A DNA stretch of 64,000 bases from the human T2T-CHM13v2.0 reference genome, Homo sapiens. Position numbers and translations under genes: made by a program. Of the stretch, positions 1 through 14,644 are shown one piece after another. How positions within the stretch are numbered: position 1 is the stretch's first letter; each line of letters begins with the position of its first letter. The stretch is from NCBI RefSeq assembly GCF_009914755.1, contig NC_060925.1; one strand, 5' to 3'. The notes beneath the pieces are model-generated. The model saw only the letters and a program-made list of their open reading frames with translations. It ran no database searches and was not told the origin of the DNA.

Positions 1-1624
1 TTTATAAATGCAGAAACTGACACACAAAGGTGAAATCTAAGGCAGCTAGTTAATGATTTAGCTGAGTTTGGGATCAGTCTTCTAATATTTTGTTTTAAAT
101 TAACTGTGAGTGTGTGTGTTTTCTGAAGAGCTCAACATCATAGAAATCCAGTACCCTTGGCCCTGGACCTGTCTCCATGTGCATTTCTGCATCCTTTCGT
201 AATTAGAATTTCTGTTCTTGGGACAGAAGGAAATAGAGATCATACAGCGGCACCCTACTCTATTTACAGGCAAGAACTGGCAAGACATACCAACTGGAAC
301 ATCAGAGCTGGGGGCACATCTCAGTTTCTAGAACATCTAAGAACCTGAACAATGGTGTGGCTTGTATTGACTTTCAGATCAAGTGATGTTTTCCCAATTT
401 TCTTAGTAATGAATGATTTACAAAGAAAGCTAGTGATTAAACATTATTTGTGTGTTTTCTGTAATTAAAAATCATTTTCTTGGAGTCACTCAGAGCTTAG
501 TATAATGATTTTATTGTGGCATTATTTTAATTTTACTGTGGAAATAAGGATTATACCAATTTCCTTAGACTCAAAAGCTGTGGAATGGAAAATTCTGCTT
601 GTGGAAGCACATGTCTGTTGGATAATTCTAAAATAAAATTTTACTTTTAAATAGCACTGGTCTCTGTCACAGGAGGCATTTCGTCAAGAACACAACCACT
701 TACTAAATTTTATTCTTCTGAAATGTAAACGTACTTTTGCAAATTTTATTCAATGGCAATGACAATCCTATAACCAAACAATATGAATCCAGTCTATTTA
801 TTCAGGATACTTTGTTTAGTACTGTGCATAATTAAAATGAAAATGTCACTGCCCTGCAAATAAATGAAATGTTCACTAGATGATGAATTAAATACATTGT
901 GACACATTCATAAAATGGAAGACTATCCATTTAAAGACGTGTTTTGAGAAAAAAATGTTTAAAATAGATGAAAACATTCATTAGTATTTTTAAAAAGGTT
1001 ACAGAACTATTTGCACCTTGTGATCCCATTTTGTATGTCTGTGTGTATACAATTCTAAAAATTGATTACTTTGGAAATATCAAGTCAATTTCAAGAAAAG
1101 TATTTTAATTTTTTTCTTTGATACGGAACAATTCATTCCTGTCATTCTCCCTACCCCACTTCACTGCCACCTACTTCCCCAAAGACACCATTTCCTTTGT
1201 CCTCATAAGAATTCATATGAATTTAAAACTGCATCATTCTCTTTCTTTTTACAATTAATGTTAAAAGCTTCGTAGTTCAATTACAGTAAGAAAATCTGGA
1301 GTCTAAAGTAGATTTGTCTCCCTGGTTTTTTTTTTTTCCAGTTAATGAGGAAGTGTGTTGGTCTGATGCTCTAAAATGAATCAATTTTGGAAATACTATA
1401 AATCATAGATATTGCAACTTCAAGGCCAATGTTACTTCCTTGTATAACTGGAAAAGAGGAAACCTACACACACATTGTCCCAATTCCTGGTCCTTGGGGG
1501 CTGTTTGTACTGAAGAACTGTTAATTGCCTTGTTTTGATTTACACAAAATGAGGTGGGGACACCCTTCCTTGCCTAGAAGAGCCATTGGCCTAGAGCAAG
1601 GAAAAGAAATGTTGAAGTTTTGAC

Positions 1625-1922
1625 TTTTTTCTTTTCTTTTTTTTTTTTTTTGAGACTGTGCCCCTCTCTGTCACACAGGCGGGAGTGTGAGCTCAGGCAA
1701 CTGCAGCCTCCACCTCTGGGGCTTAGGTGATCCTCCTACCTCAGCCTCCTAAGTAGCTGAGACTATAGGCACAAGCCACCATGCCCTGCTAATTTTTGTA
1801 TTTTTTGTAGAGACGGAGTTTCTCCGTGTTGCCCAGGCTGGTCTTGAACTCCCAAGCTCACATGACCCACTCGCCTCAGCCTCCCAAAGTGCTGGGATTA
1901 CAGGTATGAGCCAGCTTTGGCC
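1625..1922 (-). mobile_element. Alu SINE (AluJ-like)
   Basis: Poly-T at 1625-1651, then reverse Alu body (gcctcccaaagtgctgggattacagg), ending ...ggcc; diverged, J-type gatcctcctacctcagcc. Confidence 0.93.
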
Positions 1923-2020
1923 TCTTTGAATAGCTACCAATAGAAGGCTTTGTGATGGGCCCTGGTTTTTTGGGGAGGTGGCCCAGGGAAGTGGAGTAGG
2001 ATGGAGAGTGACCTTGAGCT

Positions 2021-2418
2021 TGTTAAAAGAAAAACTTCAGCCGAATTAAATTTGAAAGAGTTTAATTGAGCAATGAATGATTTGTGAATCGGGCAGCCCC
2101 CAGAATCACAGCAGATTCAGAGAGACTATGGTGCAGCCATGTGCTGGAAGAAAATTTATGGACAGCAAAAGGAAAGTGACGTAAGAAAACGGAAGTGAGG
2201 TACAGAGACAACTGAATTTGTTATGGATCAGCATTTGCCTTATTTGAACACGGTCTGAACAGTTGACTACATTGATTGGCCAAAACTCAGTGATTGGTAT
2301 AGGTGTGGGCTATGGTCAGTTTATACCACCACTTGTTATAGTTCAGAATGAATGGAAAAACCTTCAGGCTGAACTTAAATATGTAAGGAGGCAGCTTCAG
2401 GCCAAACTTGATTTAACA
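2021..2418 (-). mobile_element. ERV1 solo LTR, MER57 family
   Basis: TGTTAA...TTAACA termini, perfect 4-bp TSD AGCT (2017-2020 / 2419-2422), two ATTGG boxes; matches recalled MER57 consensus in reverse. Confidence 0.88.
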
Positions 2419-2439
2419 AGCTGCTTAATAATGTGAGTC

Positions 2440-2924
2440 CCTGTACTGATACTGAAGTAGTTACATGGAGTGCCAGCCTCGCTCTGCTCACATCTACTTC
2501 ATTGAGCTTATAAACCCATTGCCCAGCTGCTAGGAGTATTGGCTGCCAGCAGCTCACACCTATTCCCCTACTCCAAGCCTCTGCCCAGTAGGGTCGAGTG
2601 CGGGACCTTAGTCTCTGCCATCCTTCTACCAGAGCCCACAGCCCATGACTGTCATTGGCTACAAAAGTACAGCCATCATACCTCAAGAAGGACACCCTCT
2701 GGAGTGTGACTTTATGCTCTGGAGCCCAGCCCCCTCACCCACCCCATCTCCTGGATCAGGCCTGAGACAGATTTCATCTGAGCTCACATCCTTGCCTGGC
2801 TCCATGCCTCCCCTGCCCTACCTCCCTCAGTCTCTGAGAGGTTTTTCCTGAAGAGCTTATCCTCAATCACAGGTACTCCAGCCCCTGGCGCGGGCCCTCC
2901 TTCTAGGGAGCCCAATCTAAGACA
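2440..2924 (+). mobile_element. ERVL LTR (LTR16-like), old
   Basis: 3' end cttctagggagcccaatctaagaca typical of LTR16; 5' boundary approximate. Confidence 0.6.
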
Positions 2925-3299
2925 GATATTTTTGGCTCAAGGAAATGATTTTATTTCCTGAGCAAGTATCTGTATTGTCCAGTATCTGAGAACTAATGTC
3001 TATCTTCGAGCATATGTGTGTCTGTGGGTGGCTCACTAGTTCACTGCTGATGGTCATGACAAATTGTCCTTCTGTCCTGGCCTTGGAATGCCAAAGGCCA
3101 GCCCAGAGGGCCCTGCAGAGTCCCACTGTCATGGTAGCCATCTAGAATGAATAACTCTGATCCCTGTGTCCTGCTGATCATCTACAGTAGGATAGCTCTG
3201 GGGGCAAGACTAGCTCTGTGTGAAGGCACTGAGAACTCTTAAAGGAGAAGGTGGGCAAAGATTCTGTGTATTGCGGAATATTTCTCAAACACAACGGAC

Positions 3300-3668
3300 A
3301 ATCTGAACTCCACTCTTGTTCAATAATTTCCCCTCCCTAAAAAGCACTTCTTCCTTCTTACAGCTTCTCTAATGGTACTCACCCTTCAAGACACTACTGT
3401 GCTCATGTTCTCCATCCTCTATGTCATCAGAAAGACTCTCTGCCACAGAAATCTCTCCTCTCTCCAACTTTATACAACTCTTGCTTGCCTATGCTATTCT
3501 TTTAGCACCTCTCATATATTATCATGCATTCTTCCTGTTATCTTCATGTTCACGTCCCTTCTCTTTAATCCTTTAAATGTACTCAAGGATAAGGACTATG
3601 CCTTACCCAGAATCTCCCTAAATATTATGCACATGACACATACTCAGTAAATATTTATTAATCATGTT
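3300..3668 (+). mobile_element. L2 LINE 3' fragment
   Basis: Pyrimidine-rich body ending tactcagtaaatatttattaa (L2 tail-like); boundaries approximate. Confidence 0.5.
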
Positions 3669-4437
3669 GGCATGTATATTTGCTGCATTTAACTTGTTAA
3701 ATGATACAGGATTTTGTGAGGAACTGCTTATTAAGATCTTTTCCTAGCCTAGGAGATTACCAAATGATTGCAGGGATTGACAAGGAGTTGGTGTTTTGTT
3801 GAAAGCAGAGATACACAATTCAAGTTCAAAGAGGGCTTGGTTTTTGCAGGTAGAGCCCTGCTCTGCCCTCAGGTACAAGAGAGGATGACCTGCTTTGACA
3901 TCCTTTAGCCATAAGAGATGTAAGAGGGAACTCTATGCCCCCAAACAGGGATGTTGGGGAGGAGGAGGAAGGCAGTGTTTATAAGGAGAGGCTGTCTTCT
4001 TTTATTAACAGCTTTTTATGAATGCTTTGTCTCGAAAAATGTGAGCTTAATTCAAGGAAACTTGCTTCTGAAGTTTTGGGTAACTGAGAGACAGTGATAA
4101 TGGTACTTTGTTACCCAGTTGGATATCCTCTGAGCCACCAGAATGGCCAGTCCACCCCAGTGGTACTAGTGAATAGGAGAAAATTAGCATGGCAGAGAGG
4201 AACTGAATCCTCCCCTGGAGGTACACAAGACAGTACTTGTCTGTGCCATCAGTCTCCAGAGTTGGGGCCACAGAGGATGGAATGGAGCCCTGGTCAAGCA
4301 AATTGTTCCTGCCTGCTTCAGATGAATCGTGCCTGAAACTACCAACTAGAGGCCTGTAGACAAGCAGCTAGAGCAACCACGATGAAAAACAGAAACCAAA
4401 CAACATCTTCACCATCACAGACATGGGGCTATCCCAC

Positions 4438-4867
4438 TGATGTGGGACAGTCGAGCCCAGAACTGGGGCTTAGCCCAGGAAAGTTCTTGGCTTCACACAG
4501 GAAAGAATTCAAGAGCTAGCCAGTGGTAGAAGAAACCAGTTTTATTGAGGCAACAGCGTTACAGCTTTGTGACTGCTCCAGCAGAGTAGGGCTACCCTCT
4601 AGGCAGAGTAGCAGGTCTGGGGATGTCATGCAGTCATTTTTATACGCACTTTTAATTCCATGCAAATTAAGGGGTAAGTGGGTTGTTTAGGAACTTATAG
4701 AAAAAAGGTAATTTCCAGGTCATTGCCATGGAAAGGGGTGGTAACTTCTGGGTGTTTTCATGGCAATGGTAAACTGACATGGTACTAGGGGGGCATATGT
4801 TATGGAGAAGTCCCTGTTTCAGCCAGTCTTCAATCTGGTCAGGAGTAAAGTCCCACCTCCTACCTCA
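4438..4867 (-). mobile_element. ERV1 solo LTR (MER66-like, subfamily tentative)
   Basis: TGA...TCA termini; minus strand starts TGAGGTAGGAGGTGGGAC; reverse polyA signal (ttttatt) near 4541; 4-bp TSD with one mismatch, ccac/acac. Confidence 0.7.
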
Positions 4868-5004
4868 ACACCATGTTCACTAAAGTGATGTTGCCTTTCT
4901 CCACCCCTGACCCTGAAGGAGCTTACATAAGAGGAAGGAGAGCATGTTGAGTTGAATATGAGATTGGAATTTATAAGTGGATAAGATGTTTAAAGCATAA
5001 TAAC

Positions 5005-5075
5005 CAGGACCAGCTACATAATTTGCAGAGTCCAGTGCAAAATGAAAATGTAAACCCCCTTGTTTAAAAAGCAAG
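5005..5075. mobile_element. hAT-Tip100 (MER91-like) fragment
   Basis: caggaccagctacataatttgcagagtccagtgcaaaatgaaaatg resembles recalled MER91 end. Confidence 0.5.
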
Positions 5076-6550
5076 AAAAACATACCCTTAAAAGTACTGA
5101 AATGTACAATTTTTTCCTTTCATCCACATGGTCTCTCTCAACCTGTGATGGTGATTTCTTACTCACTGTTTAATGTCATGATCCCTCAAGCACAGGGATA
5201 ATGAAGGGGCAGTGCTGACCTTCATAGGCTCCTGAACTAAATTGCAGGGTGCATGCTATCCTTGGGCATGACAGCTCCTGGGTTTCTCCTGCCAGGAGCT
5301 GCAGATTCCCAAGGGTATTGCAACCTCAACACCAGGACACACACACCCCCACTGAATTGCCTGCCAAACACACCTTGGCGCTGCTGGTGCTGCTAGTCCG
5401 GGGCAGGCACCTTTGCAGAGACGCTGTGGGGCCCATGCCGAACTCAACCTTTTTTCCTGCCACTGCACTCTTACTAAATTTTTTGCCTCAGGCAAATTAC
5501 CTAGCCCTTTTGCACCCCATGGTACTCATCATACAAAATTGTTTGAGGATTAAGGAAAGCAAAGCACATACATTGGTCTTTACCCTCCTCCTCAAAAATC
5601 TAGGCAGACTCCTAGGCCACGATGTAAGGAACGCAGCATTCTATAATTGAGTGTAATTCAGTAATTTTCCTGAAGTACTGATTGCCTGACCCTAATAGAT
5701 AGTTTTTCTGGGAATGCTGCCTGCTAAGATTTAGTCTCATCCCTCTTACATGGGAATATACTGTTTACCCATCAAGGAGGTTTTGGGTTGGGGCCCAGAA
5801 GTGCTGTGACTGGCCGGAGAAGGACCTTAAAAGGGCAGGAACAGAGAAGCCCAGGATATAGACAAAATCAGAATTCTAACCAATGAAACACTTTGATAAT
5901 GCCCAGGAACACATAAGGCAAACCACTATTGTTTTGTAGATACATGTATGATGCACTTCAGAATATTAAAAAATCTGAGTGCAGTACAGAGTTGTTCTTA
6001 TAGAAGGGTTTTCTCTTTTGCTTCATAGAGTATTCAATAGAAAATTTTATCTAAAGATCATAATGTATTCAAGCATTTACACCATAGACACTCAATAAAT
6101 GAGAAAGAAATCAGAACGTTTTAATACATGTGTTTGAGTCACAAATAGTTATAAACAAAAAAGCAAAGTTAGTAAATCAATGCTTTTTTAAGAGTTTGAA
6201 GGAACTTTGTAAAGTAAATAGTTCAAGACTGTTATTCTACACATGTGGCTATTTAGGTTTAGTGAGGATAAGCAATTTGTCCAAACTAGGTAATGATAGT
6301 AGCAACTATATATTACTCCAAAGGATATAAGTCATTGCAGATTATTATTTGACATATAATTGTTAAATTTATACATACATTATATATATACAATTTATAC
6401 ATAAATTATGTATATATATTAGATTTGTGAATGTTTTATATTTTATATGTACATAGAATTCTTCACATTCCCTTTTATATTTGTTTTATATAATATATAT
6501 AGCAAAGAAATAAACACTTTTCTACCTGTATATTTGTAAGAATATATATA

Positions 6551-6845
6551 CAGTTAGCTCTCTGTATTCTTGGGTTTCACATGCATGAATTCAACCAAAT
6601 GCAAATGGAAAACATTCAAAAAAGAAATTGCATCTGTACACATGCGGATTTTTTTCTTGACATTACCCCTAAACAATACAGTTTTGCATAGCATTTACAT
6701 TGTATTAGGTATTATAAGTCATCTAGAGATGTTTTAAAGTGTACAGGAGGATGTTCATAGGTTATATGCAAATACTGTACTATTTAATATGAGGGATTTG
6801 AGCATCTAAGGATTTTGGTTTCCAAGAGTTACCAAAGGACAACTG
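6551..6845. mobile_element. MER2 (TcMar-Tigger MITE)
   Basis: Ends CAGTT.../...AACTG flanked by TA on both sides; internal tacattgtattaggtattataagt typical of MER2. Confidence 0.88.
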
Positions 6846-7418
6846 TATACTACCTACATAATATATATATAATAATATATATATGCACCAGTTCATTAAG
6901 TACATATGAATTAATTTAACTCTTCATTCCCTACAGCACTTAGCAGAATACCTTGCACATATGGCATACTTGATCAACTTTAAGAAATTAGTAAATTCAA
7001 GTTCATCCTCTTTCATAGTCCATACCATGCCAGATTTACTGCTTCGAGGAGCACCAAAGAAGTAGCAGAGGGTTCCCCAGTCTCCACACAGACTCTATCC
7101 CACCTCCATATACTCTGATAAAGAAATGGAAATCTAGAGACACTGAATGGCATGGTCATTGTCACACAACATGGTAGGTATAGGACTGGAACTAAAAAAG
7201 CACAGATCTTCTACATTAGAAGCACATTCTATCATCTGGAACTTTTTACTTCAAAGGTAGTCTTAGTTATCTTTTCTTAGGAAACTACTGTCTTCCCCAA
7301 CTAGAATGTAATCTTCTTGAGAACAGAGATAAAGTCTTTTTTCTTTTTGTACAGCTGCTCTCTCCACCCCAAAGTGCTTACATAACTTGCCCATGATATT
7401 AATTAATAAAGAGGTTAT

Positions 7419-7957
7419 TGTGAGGCTTGAAGAGCATAATGGTTTTAAAACCTTCCATAAAAAGGTAGAGTCAAATTCTCTCCTTCAATACAAGTGGCCT
7501 TAGTGGCTTGCTTCTAATAAAATAAGGCAGCAGAAGCAATACTATGTGCCTTCTGAGGATAAGTTAGAAAAGGAGACATAGCTTTGGCCTGGCACTCTCT
7601 CTCAAGACACATGCTTTAGAAATTCTTTGCTGATGTGCAGGAAGTACAGCTACCCTGCAGCTATAATACCATCTAGAAAGACCACTTGCCATGCAGAGAT
7701 AGAGACAGGCTCAAGGTTTCCCACAGCCCAGGCCTCAGCTGTTTGAGTCTTCCCTGTGTCACCAACTAGATATGAATGAAATAATGATTTCAGTCCCCAG
7801 TCTTTGAAACATTACCAGATGAAGCTGGTTGGAGTAGAGATGAGCCTTTCCCTTTGTGCCCTAAAATCCTAACCCAAAAACCAGAAGCACAATGTAGGGC
7901 TTTTTTATGCCACTGACTTTTCAGGATATTGTTGCACAGCATTAGATAACTACAACA
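7419..7957 (+). mobile_element. MaLR LTR (MLT1F/G-like)
   Basis: aggtagagtcaaattctctcc near the start; ends gcattagataactacaaca. Confidence 0.7.
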
Positions 7958-8221
7958 GATGGTTAAACGACTTGCTCAGAATAGTAAATAACAATAAATA
8001 GTAACCAGTAACACTAGTAAATAACAATATTGACAATCAAATTTAGGTTTCTGTTCTCATCCCTGCATATAACATTTTTCTGAATGCTAAACAAAATTAA
8101 ATTTTTTATTAAAACTGATTTGTTACTTTTACTAAAACTGTGTATGTCTTAGAAGGCATTGTGTTATCCACGGCCTAAAGACTCAGGTTCTGTTTTAATT
8201 CTCTCATTAATTATATATACA

Positions 8222-8465
8222 TTTTTGAATTGCTTGCTGTGAGCTAGCCTTTGTGCTCAGCGCTTTACACATATTATCTTAGAACACATGCCTTAGTAAC
8301 TCCTTGCCCATGTGTAAGAAAGACAAAAATTTAATTGAAAGGTTGACAACACTCTAGAGAGTTAACACTACTATTACACCCACTTACAAAAGAGGAAACT
8401 GAGGTATAGGGATGTTACGTTCTCTAAGGTCATGCATGAGAACTAGGAATTGAATCCAGTTCAAT
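8222..8465 (-). mobile_element. MIR SINE
   Basis: Core cccacttacaaaagaggaaactgagg...aaggtca. Confidence 0.7.
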
Positions 8466-8467
8466 CC

Positions 8468-10551
<2,084 letters not shown>

Positions 10552-10553
10552 TA

Positions 10554-10988
10554 TAGATGATCCTTGAATAACCCAGGGGTTAGAAATGCTGACCCCCTGC
10601 ACTGTCAAAAATCTGCATATAACTTTTGGCTTCCCAAAAACTTAACTACTAATAACCTACTGTTGACCGGAAGCCTTACCGATAACATAAATGGTTGATT
10701 AACACATATTTAGTATGTTACATGTATTATATACTACATTACTACAATAAAGTAAGCTAGAGAAAGGAAAATGTCATTAAGAAAATCAAAAGAAATATAT
10801 TTACTATTCATTAAGTGGAAGTGGATCATTATAAAGGTCTTCACTCGTCTTCATGTTGAGTAGGCTGAGGAGGAGAAAGAAGAAAAGGTGTTGGTCTTGC
10901 TGTCTCGGGGGTGGCAGAGGTGGAAGAAAATCCGCATGTAAGTGTATTCACTCAGTTCAAACCCATGTTGTTCAAGCATCAGCAGCTG
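10554..10988 (-). mobile_element. Tigger2a (MER28) DNA transposon
   Basis: About 435 bp, degenerate CAGTTGACCCTTGAACAAC-type terminal inverted repeats (TIRs), TA on both flanks, cattaagtggaagtggatcat internal motif. Confidence 0.85.
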
Positions 10989-11318
10989 TACTCTGCCGAC
11001 AGCATAGGGCTCTCTGAGCAGGACCAATTAACAAGATAGGTGAAGTAATGCATTATAAATTATCTATAAATAGCTAGCACTTAAACTCAGCTAAATTTAG
11101 AATGGTTTCCAGAAGCCTTCCACATTAATAAATATTTAATCTTATTATTTCTAATCTATTTGTTCCAAAGCCCATTAAAACAAATTAATTTCAAAGATCT
11201 ATGTGCTATGTTTAATGAATTTGGAGGAAAACGCTATTTCTTGAAGCAGATTAAAAAGCATTTTTAGTTTCTTATGAAGCCTTATTCAAACCCTCTGCAA
11301 GCAAGCAATAACCCAGAG

Positions 11319-11509
11319 CAGTAGTTTTCAAAATTTGATCTTTGGTGACCTAGGGGTTCTTCCCCAGAGCTGTTTTCTCTGTGTGTGTGTTTTACATCTT
11401 TTACAGGAAGAAATGGCAACATATGTGCATTTGTTCCCAGGAAGGAAGGTGATAGCATTTATTAGATTTTCAGAAGAACCCAAGACTCAGGAAACATCAA
11501 GAACTACTG
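11319..11509. mobile_element. hAT-Charlie MITE, subfamily not assigned
   Basis: TIR CAGTAGTT/AACTACTG; degenerate 8-bp flanks acccagag/ttctagag fit the Charlie NTCTAGAN target. Confidence 0.55.
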
Positions 11510-13289
11510 TTCTAGAGTACAAATAGAAACAGAAGAGACATGAAATACCATCTTCTCTAATAATCCAACTGAAAATTAAACCTCCACAGCCTATGCTGGA
11601 GCACCTCCAGTGTGTGCTCTGTCTGGAATTCTCTCATTCTATCTCTGGGGGAAATCCTTTTCCCTGCAACTTTGTACAAGTCTTGATCTAAATTCTTCCA
11701 CCTTCCTACAACATTTGGTCCAAATTTCACCACTTGGCATTTATCTCAAGTCTAAGCTCTTGTCCTCATTCTCATCCTTAAAACCTTTAAGGCAAGTATC
11801 AGCTCTCACCTCTTCACCATTCTTCCAACCTTCTCAAAAAATATCCTCATAAGAGTACAGTATACTCAGTGTATTGCCAAGTCTGCATCGAGAGGGCTAT
11901 TACTGTCATTATCCTCTTGAAGGTTTTTTTAAAAAAACCTACCATTTAATTTACTTTAACAACTCTATTGATATGGACCTAGCAAATCTGGCATTTCCCC
12001 ACACTCCTCACTACCTATATACCAAATAAATGACATAAGTTTAAAGAGCTTGAGAATTTAGAATCAGCAAAGACAGCTTTAATAAATAAGGAACTTACCA
12101 TTTTATTCTCACATCCTCAAAAAATGAAATAGATAGAAGAGTAATTTGTAGAGTCAGATTCAGTTTGGAAATAGAAAAGCGAGGGCTCTCATAGGACCAG
12201 ATAAAACAGAAGTTTCCGTAACTCATTTAGATATTTAGTTATTTTTTAAAAGGAATCTCCACCAGTACCCCTACACAGACGCATACGCAGTCTTCATAGA
12301 TACACATTCACCTTAAAACCACCGCCTTAAACCATCCCTATTATAATAGAACACAATACTGAAGAACTTAAATTTATCAGCTTCTGTGAGTGGAGAGGAT
12401 TGTTTCAGCTGGGAAATAAGGAACATGAGATTTACATACTTTATGAGCAATAAATAATAACAATATTGTGCCTGAAATAAATAAACTTTGGCAATAGTAA
12501 TGATGTCTGCTAGGAAAAAAGTATTTTAATTGAAATTAATATACACTCAAGATTCCTTTTAATTATATCTTTAATCAAACTCTTCTAGGTTATTTTTCCT
12601 TCTTTGGTGAATTTTCTTTTTTCTTTTTTTGCTTCTCTTTTCATTGCCCTGGTATTATTAATACAAGAATTTGAGGAATACCTCAAGTACTTGACCACTT
12701 TTTGCTTTATGTAACGCTGCCCTGTGTTTCTTTTTTCCAAGGCAGAAAAGATACAGCCATGCTTCCCATTGACATTGTTTTACAAGTTGATTAAATTGCT
12801 TAGTTGGTCTTGCAGACAAAATCATCTTTCACCCTAGAAATCTCTGTGCCATTGTTCAGGGAGCAGAGAGCACTGAGGATACACAGTGTTCTGTGTCCTT
12901 AACTGCTTGGTGACTCCAGCAGGGAGGCTGCTGGCACCAGACACTCACAGCAGCTGCAAGTTTGCTACCATTTCTGACATAACTGGCCAATTCAGATGAT
13001 ATAGTTTTATATGTTTTTAATTTAATTTACTCTTGAATAATACACATGCCAAAAAATTTAAAAGATACAAAAGGACATAAGTGCTGTCCCAGCTACCCAG
13101 ATTCCCTGTCTTAGAAGCAATGCTCTTGTGTTTCCCTGCAAGTACATTTTTGCCTATAAAAGCAAATACATATTTTTACACCAATAGTATACAGTTATAT
13201 ACACATTTTCTTGTACCTTACTTTTGTGTGTTAAACTATTGGATATCATACTATATCATGAAATAACAAAAGCAATAGAGGGTGGTATC

Positions 13290-13900
13290 CTCCTGGATAT
13301 CCTGGGAAACCATGTGAAGAAAATGTTTCAAAGAGAGAAGTATGTGCTATGTGAAATGCTATCGTAAGATGAGAATTGAGAATGGACTACTGCATTTGGC
13401 AAAAAGGAAGTCACTTATGACTTTGACACGAATGATTGTTAGAGAATGCCAAGTGGGGGAGGCAATAGCTGATTGAAATGGATTCAAGATAGAATGGAGG
13501 AAAAGAAGGCATCACTCACCACAAATAATTTCCAAAGAACTTTGTTATAAAAGGGAATATAATAATGGGATTGCAAGTGGAGTCAAGAGAGGGGTATTTT
13601 TTAATACTGAACATATTATAAGATGTTGGTATGAAATTAAGAATGATCCATTTACAGCAGGAAAATTGAGTGATGGAATATGAGAACAAGACAATTACAA
13701 GAGCAATGTCCTTCAGCAGGTGATGAGATGGGATTCAGGGCAACGGAAGGGAGGTTGGCCTGAGACAGGCATGTAGACCCCTCATCCAGCGCAACAGGAA
13801 GGAGAGCAGAGTGTGTGGGCATAGACGCAGGCGCAAGGAAAATGGCAGATTTGGTAGTGAGGGCATGTGGAGTCATCCGCCATTCGTGTCTAAATTTTCA
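13290..13900 (-). mobile_element. L2 LINE fragment
   Basis: Purine-rich gagaattgagaatggactactgcatttggca...gtcacttatgactttga; boundaries approximate. Confidence 0.6.
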
Positions 13901-14157
13901 CTCTAGAAAGCTGTAAGTGGGGGTAGGAGAACATGACAGGGGAGTGTTTACCTAGAGGAGGAATAGAACAAACTGACTGGGTTGCTGGAAACCTTGAAGG
14001 CCCAGTTGAAGAGGGTTCAGTTTGTGCTTGAGAATTTAAAGTGAGAGCAATCGGTATGTTTGTGTATTTTTGTCAGCCATGTGAATACATATATTTGGGT
14101 GAAATGTTAAATGTAACTGAGGAGTCTGGGGTTTCAGGGGATGCATGCAATAGGCAG

Positions 14158-14644
14158 TGCAGTAGAGAGAATAAGATGGCCCCCAGAATTCCACATTCCT
14201 TGGTAAACACATCTTCCCCTTAGTGTAGGCAGGGCCTGCGAATATGATGGCACATCACTCCCACGATTACGTTGTTATGTGGTAAAGAGATTTTACAGGT
14301 CTCTAATCAAAAGGAAATTATTCTGGGTGGGCCTGACCTAATCAAGCAAGCCTTCACAGAAACCTTAGACCTTCTCTGAGCTCAGAGACACTCTCCTGCT
14401 GGCCTTAGAGAAACAAACCAGTGTGAGTTCTACAGCTGTAAGCAAAGAATTCTGCCAACGATTGTGTGAGTTTAGGGGAAGACTCTGCATCTTGACTAGT
14501 GCCGCATTGTAAGACCAGAGGAGAAGACTTGGTAAACGTGTGCCTGGGCTTCTGACCCTTGGAAACGATGCAATCACAAATAGCTGTTGTTTTAATCTAT
14601 TAAGTCTGTAATTATTTGTTACTGCAGCGTAGAAAATGAATACA
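14158..14644 (+). mobile_element. MaLR LTR (MLT1E-like)
   Basis: gggtgggcctgacctaatca; ends atttgttactgcagcgtagaaaatgaataca. Confidence 0.8.

Noticed and set aside
5249-5650. 133-aa ORF in a more GC-rich patch
   Set aside because: Non-ATG start, overlaps a MIR-like fragment, no recognisable domain or splice support
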